Source of the DNA: Octopus vulgaris
Taxonomy: Eukaryota
Length of the DNA: 64,000 bases
Assembly: GCA_951406725.2 (NCBI GenBank)
Contig: OX597817.1
Location: 43,710,001 to 43,774,000 of the forward strand
Direction of reading: 5' to 3'
Part shown: positions 27,616-38,787 of the stretch, in pieces
Numbering within the stretch: the first letter of the stretch is position 1
Layout: the number at the start of each line of letters is the position of its first letter
The notes under the pieces: model-generated
The model's database searches: none
What the model was told of the DNA's origin: nothing
The model's input: the letters and a program-made list of their open reading frames with translations, nothing else
Position numbers and translations under genes: made by a program

Positions 27616-28640
27616 TGTATGTATGTATGTATGTATGTATGTATATGTAAAAATTAACAAATCCTAACAATTTTCTTAGACTAAAACACTGACTTCTTTG
27701 TAATTTGTCTGTTTCAAAAAATATATAATTTAATTTCATAGAGCGTTCCAACTTGATTGATGATCCTCATTTTGTGATCAGTTTAAATCAATTATTAACC
27801 TTGCAAGAAATCGGTACTAAAATATTCGTTTCGATACGAAATATCATAGCCAGATAATATCTATTCGAAATTCTATATGAGTTTTTCAAATAAATCTGTG
27901 TACTCTCTGCAGCTGAGTTTCTAGTTGTTTATCATTTGCAGTACGTAATTTGAGATACATATGTATCCGAATTCAGTTTTCTGTAACGTTCTGTAATAGA
28001 TGCTAAAGCCCGGAAGAAAAGCAGTAGAGAAAGGGAGTATTCTTGAAATATTTTTATTCTGATTAAGATTGGATTTGTTCGTATAATCCCCTCTGTTGCT
28101 TTTATCTGCAGAATTTATTCATGATGTGTTTGATGGATCAGCTTATTATTGGTGATTTTTTCAGAATCCATGTGTGAGGGACGCTATCAAAAACTTTCTA
28201 AAATCCAGTCTCGATTCGACATTTTTTTATCTTTACAGCTATATGAGCCTTTGCAACATCCCTGCCTTTTATCGTGTAGTCTTTTTATTCTCCGTAATAT
28301 TATTGCAGTTAAGGATTTTGTAATCTGTACGCAGCAAGATTATGGGTCTCTTTTAGTCTTGAAGTTAGTTTTTCTCTCAGCTTGCCGTTCAAGTCTTGTT
28401 TTTGGCTCTTTTAAAAAGTCATTAAATATTTTCGTAAGCACTTTAAATATTTTACCACTGAAAATGTCCTGTTTCCCAGACTTGGTCGCTAGTGTTTAGT
28501 TTAGTCACGATAGTAGAATCCAAGGGAAGTGGTGATGCTGTGAGTCAAGCAACTATTCCGTTCTGAGTTGGTAAATAGTAACAATAGTAGTTTGAACAAT
28601 GAAATATATTTGATGCAGTGGTGGTGGTGGAGGAGAGAAG

Positions 28641-28673
28641 TCTAACGTTTCGGTCAGAACCCTTCGTCGGAGA
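28641..28673 (-). ncRNA. minimal hammerhead motif, U4C variant
   Basis: tct-CCGACGA-ag-ggt(tctg)acc-GAAA-cg-TT-aga. Confidence 0.55.
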
Positions 28674-28984
28674 GAGAAGAAATGTTAATCGTATTGAAGG
28701 ATGTAATAGGATTAATGAATGAGTTATTGAATGAGAGAGGGAGAAGGAGAGGTAGGGAGAGATAGAGAGGGGGAGAGAGAAGAAGAGGTAGGGAGAGATA
28801 GAGAAGGAGAGGTAGGGAGAGATAGAGAGGGAGAGAGAGAAGTAAGGAAGGAGGAAGAGGTGACAAGTGATACACTGAGAGGAGGAAAAAATAAAAGGAA
28901 CGCCAACAGATTTGAAAAACATTGAAGTAGAGAGAGAGGTAGTGGTAGAATGAGAGAGAAAGAGAAGTAGAATGAGAGAGTGAG

Positions 28985-29022
<38 letters not shown>

Positions 29023-29890
29023 GTGTGCAGTGAAAGTGGTACTTAGCAACGGATGTGTAGCAACAGATTATGTGGGAGGCATGTATTTAGAGAATAGAGT
29101 TAATCAACGTTTTGTATTGAAGGATGGGGTGGTTTAGTCGTTGTTCATTCACTCTAATGAACAATATGATAAATTACTTGAAAGAAGACGTTGGAAAATG
29201 CGGATGCGAAAGATTGTGAAGAAAACAACCAGAAATTGATGGCACTTTCGATATTAAAAAGACCAAAGAATGAATGAGAAATCATAGGTTTAATACTAAC
29301 GTGGTTGAATTTTCTTACAAAAAAAAAAAAAAAACTGAAAGAAAAATGATTATAAAATCATTAATAAAATTAGCCAAGGAATCTGGACATAGTTTCAGTT
29401 GTTTTACTGAAACTAGCTCGATAACCAACTCAAGGGAAAATATGTCATAGAAAACAGTCTCTTCATTGCTGTGGCCCAGCATGGCCGTAGTCCAGTGATT
29501 GAAACAAGTAAAAGAAAAAAAATGTATATATCAATTTTCGTGTTAGAGAGTATCAGGCCGAGGTGTCACAGTAGGGCGTGTGAGTGGTATCTCATAATTT
29601 CCGTCACCATCGCAAGTCTTAAAGAGGAGCAGAAATCTGGTTGCAGTACTCATGAGTAGTATTTATTATCTACTTTACTTACAACTCTTGAGCGACGGAT
29701 GACAGACCGGAAAGACGTTTAATATTTTGGAAAGACAAACGGACAGTAGAGAGACCGCCTGGGTACATATGGGTCTGTAAGCAGATGCTCAATAATTCTT
29801 GTAACGAATATCCCTTCCAGAAGTTAAGGAAATGAGGAGGAATGAGTGATCCAATGCTGTAACTATAGAACCAAATATTGGAATGCTGAT

Positions 29891-30291
29891 AAGGTGGCGA
29901 GGTGGCAGAAACATTAGCACGCCGGGTGACCGAAATGCTTAGCGGTATTTCGTCTGTCTTTACGTTCTGAGTTCAAATTCCGCCGAGGTCGACTTTGCCT
30001 TTCATCCTTTCGGGGTCAATGAATTAAGTACCAGTTACGTACTGGGGTCGATATAATCGACTTAATCCGTTTGTCTGTCCTTGTTTGTCCTCTCTGTGTT
30101 TAGCCCCTTGTGGGTAGTAAAGAAATAGGTATTTCGTCTGTCTTTTCGTTCTGAGTTCAAATTCCGCCGAGGTCGACTTTACTTTTCATCCTTTCGGAGT
30201 CGATAAATTAAGTACCAGTTGCGCACTGAGGTCGATCTAATCGACTGGCCCCTCCCCTAACATTTCGAGTCTTGTGTCTAGAGTAGAAAAG
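29891..30291 (+). mobile_element. Nin-domain-type SINE dimer
   Basis: Two cores. 17-bp TSD AATAT(T/C)GGAATGCTGAT on both sides. Confidence 0.85.
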
Positions 30292-31813
30292 AATATCGGA
30301 ATGCTGATGGAGACAAGACTGAAGAACAACAAAACAATTACCAAACAGACACATACATATACGAGTCCTGTGGAAAGGCATTTTGGAGCGAGTCTAGAAA
30401 TATATTATTGCCTGGAACTAATGATTTCATAAGTTCTGAAATATGTTACGTAATTTTCCTAACGGCCATAATTAAACCACTAGCTGATGTGCTCTAATTA
30501 CTGACTTATATATAAACATTGAGAGAACATGCATGGATTTTGATCAACCCAAAGCTGAATGAGACTATGATAATTCGGACTTACGGTCTATAAGTTATTT
30601 CTGAGAGATTTAAACCACAAAGTATTTTAGAACGAGGAGAGAAATGGATAGAAAATATATCATTTCGTATGCTCTAAGAAATGTTATATAATGCCTTTTT
30701 TTTTTCCCTTTTTCTAAGAGTACCGTATCTAAATAGAGTTAGAGTGTTGGACTTGTTCTTGTCTGCTCGGGTAAAATAAGTAATAGCCGTGTTGGTATAA
30801 CCCTCTTTTCCTTTAGCTGTCACAATCTAGGGTGTCTATGTGTGTTTGCGATACAATAGTATTTAAAACAATGAGCGAAAACATGATACATGCTAACAAG
30901 TCGTACTCGTTTGTGAGTGACTGCTGTGTTCGTTTTAGTTTTAACTAAATAATCCATGAATATTCTAAATAACAAACTGAAGAAAGAGCAGTCGAAAAAC
31001 ATGCAAGATATAATACAATTTTAAAACTAACCAATAGAGGAAAAGTATGGAAATACATTTCTGTTGACATGATTTAAACTCGTCTCAATAATTTCTGCAA
31101 TGACGTCCATCAGAAGTCTTGCAAAAGTTGTGCATTTGTCGTATTTCTCACAGAAATTGGATTAGTAATCGTTTTAATATAATTATAACGTACAATATCG
31201 AAGCAATTTATTTGTTTTTCTGCTTGAAAATGTATTTAACTAAAACGACTTTAACACTGATGTTGTTACTATTTGATTTTTCAGGTTCTGCTGTTGCTAC
31301 TAAGCAGAAGATTTTGCGACATACAAACTATTTTTTTTTTTTTTTTTGTATATCAATTTTTGAAACTTGAACAAAAAGCTGCTTTAAATTTCTCTGAAAA
31401 TAATGTTTTTCAGAAAGAAAAGAAGAAATCAGAAGCTAGGAGAATAAGAAACAATTATTAAAGTATATGCACAATATTGGTTTCAAATTTTGGCACAAGG
31501 CCAGCAATATCGGGGGAAGGGATACGTCGATTACATCGACCCCTAGTATTCAACGGGTACTTATTTTATCGACCTCGGAAAGATGAAAGGCAAAGTCAGC
31601 CTCAGCAGAATTTGAAAACGGACAAAGTGTCACCAAGCATTTTGCCCGGGAGCAATTCTGCCAGTTCGCCGCTTTAAGAATATACATAATATTACTAACA
31701 ATTTTTATGCAAACAGTAAGGCTGACGTGCTCTTTTTTAAGATTCGAATTTAATTGGTAGAAATATTAATATTTCTAAATCTCTCTAAAGGAGACTACGG
31801 CAGCGGTACTGGA

Positions 31814-31909
31814 TATTAATAGTTATCGCCAAGCTAACATGGCAGTCCAACGGCAACATTCGTCCTATTTTCCTGGACTGCTATGTTAGCTTGGCGATAA
31901 CTATTAATA
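31814..31909. repeat. 36-bp inverted repeat (MITE-like hairpin)
   Basis: tattaatagttatcgccaagctaacat(g/a)gcagtcca and its reverse complement, 24-nt spacer. Confidence 0.9.
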
Positions 31910-32436
31910 ATTTAATTGATATTTCAAAGAAATTTCGAATTCTACCAGTATAAATAATAAATGGCTTTAACTAAAATACAACTGCAGTCTAACTATAACC
32001 AGAAATGACAATTACTTTTCACTTCTTTCTTATTGATTTCTTTCATCTGAAAATTTCGAAGAATCTCAGACCTCAGCTGCCTTGTTTTCCATCTAACAAT
32101 TATTCATTTGTTTGCTTAACACGGTGTTGATATAATGTCGAAAAGGTATTTTTATGGCAGTCAGTTAAAAAGGCTACATTCTGAAACATTTTGATATCAT
32201 AACAGCTTATTCAAAGTACTTCTGTTTAGGACTATTCAACATCGTAAGCAATTCTGCTTTAATATAATACAATACATTCTAATATATTATATAATATAAT
32301 ACAAGAGCAAAGTAAGATTATATGGCGAGTAGAACATTGCAGCTACCACTACCGACGTAACTGATTGTATTTTTGCGACCTGGGGCAAATCTGTTTTATA
32401 TTGTTTGATAGTTGTCTCTCATGGCAATATACACCA

Positions 32437-32655
32437 ATGATTGATCGATCATATTGGGGTAAAAAAATCGAAGAGACTGGTGTACGCCAGCATGGAACAT
32501 CAAGCCGTATTTTAGGTATTGGCATTTTCATCACCGGATTACTGTTTCTGGCTGTTGCTCTCATCATGGGATTTGAGTTCCCCAAACTCATCTACACTGG
32601 AATTACTGGTCGGCAGTGTTATTTCTCTGACCAAAGTATAAACTATGAACAATGG
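32437..32655 (+). CDS. CD36/SCARB (LIMP-2/croquemort-like) family gene, coding exon 1: cytoplasmic N-tail plus TM1
   Basis: Translates MIDRSYWG...ILGIGIFITGLLFLAVALIMG...SINYEQW, with a hydrophobic helix followed by the CD36-type 'S..YE.W' motif. Donor TGG|GTAAG at 32656, phase 0. The start codon is less certain because there is a possible acceptor at 32411. Confidence 0.8.
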
Positions 32656-32939
32656 GTAAGTCAACATTTTTACTTCTTTCAAACACTGGCGTTGCATCTT
32701 ACTCTTTTATTTATTATTTTACTAATTTAGATCATTGGACTACGGCCATGCTACAGCAATACATTTATGTGTTTTTAGTCGATCGTGTTAAACTTAGCAG
32801 TTATATCAGCTTGATACTTGTTTTTTACCGATTAATATTTATTAAATCACTAAGTTGTTGAAACAATGTCGGTTTACACTAGTAAACATACACATACATA
32901 CGTACAACACCGACACATACACATACATACGTACAACAA

Positions 32940-33011
<72 letters not shown>

Positions 33012-34211
33012 TATGGGGACAACTGATGAAGGGAATGTTCTTTATGTTGCATGTCTCGTTTCTCTGTTTTTTTCGTTGTTCGAAAAAATGTTTGTCTTCT
33101 ATGTTTTTGTTTATGTTTTCGTTTCTCATTCTGTCTAAGTTTTTTTTTTTGATGTCCTGTACCCATATATGCATGTATATATATACATATATATGTAGGT
33201 AAGTACATATATGTATGTATATATATATATGCATATATTTATATATTATTTATATTTTGTATATATATATACATACACACATACACAGTTTACAGCATAT
33301 ATACACACGCGCATACACACACATATAGGGAGAATTCACACACAAAAAAAAACAAAAGACGAAGACAGGTGGTGTAGACAACAAACAGTTGCATTAGTAT
33401 AACACTCGGGAAGTGAAAAATTCTTTAACGTTTCGAGCCTACGCTCTTCCACAGAAAGAAACAAGGAGAGAAAATAAAGAATGTGTAATGGCTAGCGATC
33501 TATCATGATATATGTGTATATATATGTGTGTGTGTGATATATAGCATATACGTACACACAAACACACTTATTACATATAGAGGGAACAGTATTAGTTTTA
33601 CAAATGTTTTGATATGAGTTTATACTGATAACTGAAGTACTTATCGTTGCATAACCGAAATAAAGTACACAATTACTGCCCACAAAGTAAGGTATGTAAC
33701 TTGCGCAGATATTTATAATTTATAAATATGTACACACATTACAAACAGAATCAGCACGTGACTGATAACGTGTATCTCTCATGGCCAAAATATGTGTAAC
33801 AATTACATGGAGTGCTAACGGTCAAAACATGTAAGTTAAATCTGCATAAATAAAAGTCGTCCACTATAAGACAGAGTGCAGTTACCAACAACACTTCAAA
33901 TCCTAGTGATGAGGTTGAGATAGTCTAGAAACATCGATAACAATGACTTGGATTTGTAATGTTTGTTGACATTTGTACTGTCTTATAGTATGCAGAACTG
34001 CAGAATCGTTAACACACAAGGCAAAATACATAACAGCATATCATCCGTCTTTACGTTCTGAGTTCAAATTCTACCAAGGTCAACTTTGTCTTTCATCATT
34101 TCGGGGTTGATAAAATAAGTACCAGTTGCGTACTGGGATCAATGTAATCGACTTCATCCTCTCTCCCGAACTTGCTGGCCTTGTGCCAAAATTTGAAATA
34201 ATTTTTTCCAT

Positions 34212-34800
34212 ACACAGTGAGAGTTGAGTGAGAGCAGTGCATGCCGTCAAAGTGACACTGGGGTAAAATATACGAAGCCCAGTATACCCATCATGACTAC
34301 CCGTCTGATAAGGGCACACTAGGCACATGCATCACAGCTATATGTGTGCGACATGGTGATCTCATATCAAGATAAACAGCGCATGACCTTGCAGGTGGGG
34401 CCCGGTTAGAATTTTCTTCTGGTCGAGTAACCCATCCCGCTCAAAAGGTCCCTGAATAAGGGTTGTTTAAGGAAGTTGAACGAACCGCCCATGTTTCCAA
34501 AGGCGAATTATCCAAACCTCCAAGAATTCCTTTCAACACACGGCTATGATGCTCCCCCACTATTTCTGCTCGTGATCAGTGATGCACATACCGTCAGCCA
34601 CTAAGCGACATGCTCAACCGGTTATGGTCAAACAACTGACAAGCAAATCTGTGGTATTAAGCAGAATATTTGCTGTAGCCCATCTTATATACCAAGATAA
34701 AACAATGTACATGATAACACTTCCAATTAGTTAAGATCAGAAGCCATGAGAACCACTGTATAGTATTGCATCAGGGCATTTATTATTATTATTATTATTA
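34212..34800 (+). mobile_element. unclassified interspersed repeat or retroposon with (ATT)n tail
   Basis: GC-richer block ending ...gcatcagggcattt(att)n. Family not determinable from the window. Confidence 0.4.
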
Positions 34801-34804
34801 TTTT

Positions 34805-35933
34805 GGTTGTCATTGTTGATAAGAATATTTTACCGATTACCCTTGATCTCCGTGTGCATTGGCGTATCGCAGAGTATAAGTCACTTTGTTATTCTCTGAA
34901 ACATCTAATGTATGTTTCTATCACCTCTTTTCTGTTGGTATTCTATGATACTAACGCAACGTTCTGCATATGATACCCCCATCTCTGTCAGAGCTGTAGA
35001 TGTATCCTTTTTTTTTGGTGTAAAAGGGACATCCAGAGATGATGCGACTTCTTTCCAACTTCCACATATTCTGCTTCGTTGCATGCTTATATCCTCGTGT
35101 ATATGGTTTCTGGGGATAAGGATTTTATACTCTGCTGGAATCAGAAATACTTCAGTTTCAGCTTTGAGTCAACCAGTGTGACAATGTTGATTTTTTGCTT
35201 ATTTCTACCATATTTAGCTTTTTCAAATACTGGCTGTGAAGGAGCATTCATGTTATTTCCTCACCATAGCACCCTGTAGCTTTATTATTTGCTCATTCTA
35301 ATTTTATTTCAATTTCCGTTGTTTCTTCTCTCTCTTCACAAATCTTTGTCATTTCAGCTTCTGTTTCGTATTTGTTACCTTCATAAATAGACAAGAGTTT
35401 TTTTTTGTAGTTATTTGTATCAATTTTCCATTATTCCTTACCAGATATTTTTATTACCCTACAGTGGATATTTTACGATAATTAACTAGTTGCATAAAGC
35501 CCTTACCTTCTTGTATTCAAGGTAAATATAAACATGCTTATGACAGATTTTCGGTCGTGAATTCTGAATGCAGCTATTAATTTTCTTGCCTTTTTTTCTG
35601 TCTAGTCTTTCTAGTTCCTTTAGTATTCAGTTAACAATAACTATAAATTATTACTGTGACAGCTAGAATATTGATGCCTATCACTTCACTTTATTTATTC
35701 TGCATTTAGCTCTGTTTTCAGTATTGATCTAATACGTTTGTTATGTTACTTTCTCCTTTTTCTCTCATTTGTATGCTTCGTATTCAGTCTAGTTCGTTGA
35801 TTATTAATTGTGTTTTGATCTAATTCTCTTATCTTCATTTCTTTATCTAGTATAATATAACTGTTCTTAATTAATTTTCTTTTCTTTTGGAAAAAAAACA
35901 AAACATTGCATTGTTGTTGTTGTTGGTCTTCTT

Positions 35934-35964
<31 letters not shown>

Positions 35965-37170
35965 TTATTATTATTAAGGTGGCGAGAAGGCAAAATCGTT
36001 TGGGTATCGGACAGAATCTATAGCAATATTTCTTCCAACACACTACATTCTGAGTTCAAACTCCGCTGAGATCGACCGCTAGTCTTTTATATCGAACCCA
36101 ATGCTCGACTGGTACTTATTTTATCGACCCCGATAAGATGAAAGGCATTTCATCTTATCGGGGTCGATAAAATAAGTACCAGTCGAGCATTAGGGTCGAT
36201 ATAAAAGACTAGCTCTTCCCCCTAAATTTCAGGCCTTCTCCCTATAGTGGAAAGGGTTATTGTTTTGTTTTTTCCCCACCGGAATTGTTGCTGTGCCCGG
36301 TTTAATTGTATTCCATATCGAGGCACTGCCTGTGATCTCGGATGAAGAATATTTTGTGCCTTCTGTATAAAAGACTTTCTTGATAATTCATGTTTTACGT
36401 AGTAGATATATTTTTTACATTGCACCTTACTCTTATGTTTTTCCAGATTTGTTTACATTTTTTCCTCGCTGTTTCTTAGGCTTCCGTAATAATTGGCAGT
36501 ATCACGACCTTGTTAACTTTAAGGTTCCAGCATTTGAAGGTTTCATACTTGCAATCAGTATAATACATTTCTTTTCCGAGGGCGGCGAGCTGCCAGAATC
36601 GTTAGCATACGCCGGCGAAATGCTTTGCGGTATTTCGTCTGCCGATACGTTCTTTGCCTTTCATCCTTTCGGGGTCGATAAATTAAGTACCAGTTACGCA
36701 CTGGGATCGATGTAATCGACTTAATCCGTTTGTTTGTCCCTTGTGAGTAGTGAAGAAATAGACATATCGTCTGCCGTTATGTTCTGAGTTCAAATTCCGC
36801 CGAGGTCGACTTTGCCTTTCATCCTTTCTGGGTCGATTAAATAAGTACCAGTTACGCACCGGGATCGATGTAATCGACTTAATCCCTTTGTTTATCCCCT
36901 CTATGTTTAGAAATAAATACTTTACTTTTCCGAATAGGCACGCCACATCGATTTTAGTATTTACTTCTTGTAGATGACTGTTGTATTCAATTTGTTGCGT
37001 TCTGCTCTTTCAATTTGTACAAGAAAGCCACGCAGCAACCTCACGTTGTCGTTTCTGAGTACTGGCATTTTTTCTGTGCTAGCAAAACCAAATTTCCTGC
37101 AAAAATTGCTGTGTATCATTGCAACACTCTTATGGTTATACTTCTTGTATTCATTCTGAGAAAGTTTAAT
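34805..37170 (-). mobile_element. highly degraded R4/Dong-like (RLE) non-LTR retrotransposon fragments, interrupted by SINEs and the Gypsy element
   Basis: Frameshifted remnants LEKLDRKK.., ETEVFLI..RN..I, RICG.., DTPMHTEIKGNR. Similar remnants at 27800-28490 (-, FDSVPHTWI) and 22745-22850 (+, LEILGF...GTVKICKTF). Confidence 0.55.
36078..36213. repeat. 66-bp-arm palindrome inside a SINE copy
   Basis: Arms 36078-36143 and 36148-36213 with 2 mismatches; 4-nt loop GGCA. Confidence 0.95.
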
Positions 37171-37177
37171 GACACTC

Positions 37178-37376
37178 TGTTATGTGTAGTTTGAGTTCTA
37201 ATGGGATAGACAACCAATATGAAAGCCATTGTTATTGTTTTACGTGTTTATTTACTATTCATGTTACACGGACTTCAACATACTTTACACACAGTTTGTA
37301 CTGTTCACTAACAAAATAGTGCCAAAAGTGGGGAAGTATTCTACACACGTGTACACATAGATATGAATGTGTAACA
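37178..37376 (-). repeat. 3' LTR (199 bp)
   Basis: TG...CA ends. Immediately preceded on the minus strand by the polypurine tract GTAGAAGAAGGGA (37377-37389). Confidence 0.95.
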
Positions 37377-37554
37377 TCCCTTCTTCTACAAAAAAAAATA
37401 AAGGGGTCTTTTGGCAGTGAAGACAAATATAAGTAGTCTCCCTTACTCTAATGGATTGTCAGCGCCAGGTGGCAATCCTGCAGCAGAAACGGTGAGATTC
37501 TTCTGCCTCTGCTTTGTAATCTAGCTGAATTAGTTACTTACCTTTTCATTTTCT

Positions 37555-38787
37555 TTAACGGTATCGAACCGGTGGCAGAATGTTCTTTCTCCATCTGGTG
37601 GATATTGTGCTTCGCACCGGTGTCTGAGGTGTGTTGTTGGGCTGCTGATAGGTGGTTGGTGCCCGTTGGGGTGATGATTCTGTGGGTGTTGTCACCGATG
37701 CTGTGGGTGTTGTCACTGATGCTGTAGGTGTTGTACACGTTGTCCTCGACAGCTTTGGTGTTGGGCGGATGTGGGCCCTGTTGCGTCTCAGCTGCCTACC
37801 AGATTCCGTTTCTATTATATATGATCTTGGAGTTTCAGCTCTACTGACAACCTGTGCTGGGATCCATGTTTTAGTTGTGGGATCTTGAGTATGCACATGT
37901 TGTCCTCCAAGTATCTCAGGTAAGTATTGTGCATGTTTGTTGTAATATTTCTGTGATTGTTCTTGAGTGGCTGCTAGCTTTGCCCTTGTCTCTTCCTGGT
38001 CAATAGGAGGTTGGATCTTAGTTGGCAGGGTAGTTTTGTACTTCCTGCCATTCAGTAATTCTGCTGGGGATTTCATGTCAGCTCTCAGTGGTGTCGCTCG
38101 TAGGGACAGAAGTGCCAGGTGTGGGTCTTCTTTAGTCTCTCGGCATTTGACTAGTGTTCTCTTCACTGTCTGCACCTGTCTTTCTATAAACCCATGACCT
38201 TTGGGGTAGTGTGGAGATGAGGTTGTAGTATTGAACCCATACTCATCGGCTAGCTTTTTGAATTCTTGCGATGTGAACTGGGTTCCATTGTCACATATGA
38301 TCTGCTCTGGTATTCCTTGCTCTGCTAGAAGTCCTCGAGCCACTGTAGTGATTGTTTTGGCCGTCAGGTCTTTCACTTTTCTCACAAATGGAAATTTGGA
38401 GTAGTAGCAGGCCATTATCAAATACCATTCTTGGCCCTCTGTGAACAGATCTACTCCGATAGTTTGCCATGGCCTTCTTGGGATGTCACTAGATATCATT
38501 TCCTCCTTTTGTTGTGAGTTTCTGTACTTATGACAGATGTGGCATGTAGAAACTGTCTTTTCTATGTCTTTGTACATGCCTACCCAATATACTGCTGACT
38601 TGGCTCGGAGCTTGCATTTCTCCATTCCTAGATGCCCTTGGTGGATCTTGTCAAGGATCTCTTTTTGCATTGACTTGGGTATAATTATTCGGGATCCAGC
38701 CATCAGGATTCCATTCTCCACTGATATATCATCATGGATGGCCCAATATTCACGAATTAGGGGCTGCACCTGATGTCTCTTTTCTGG
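37555..38787 (-). pseudogene. Gypsy integrase, in frame with the upstream polyprotein after the stop
   Basis: HHCC zinc finger (HQGH...CHIC) and DDE core (VDLF, CDNG, IER). The C-terminus has a TTPTASV 21-bp repeat. Confidence 0.93.
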
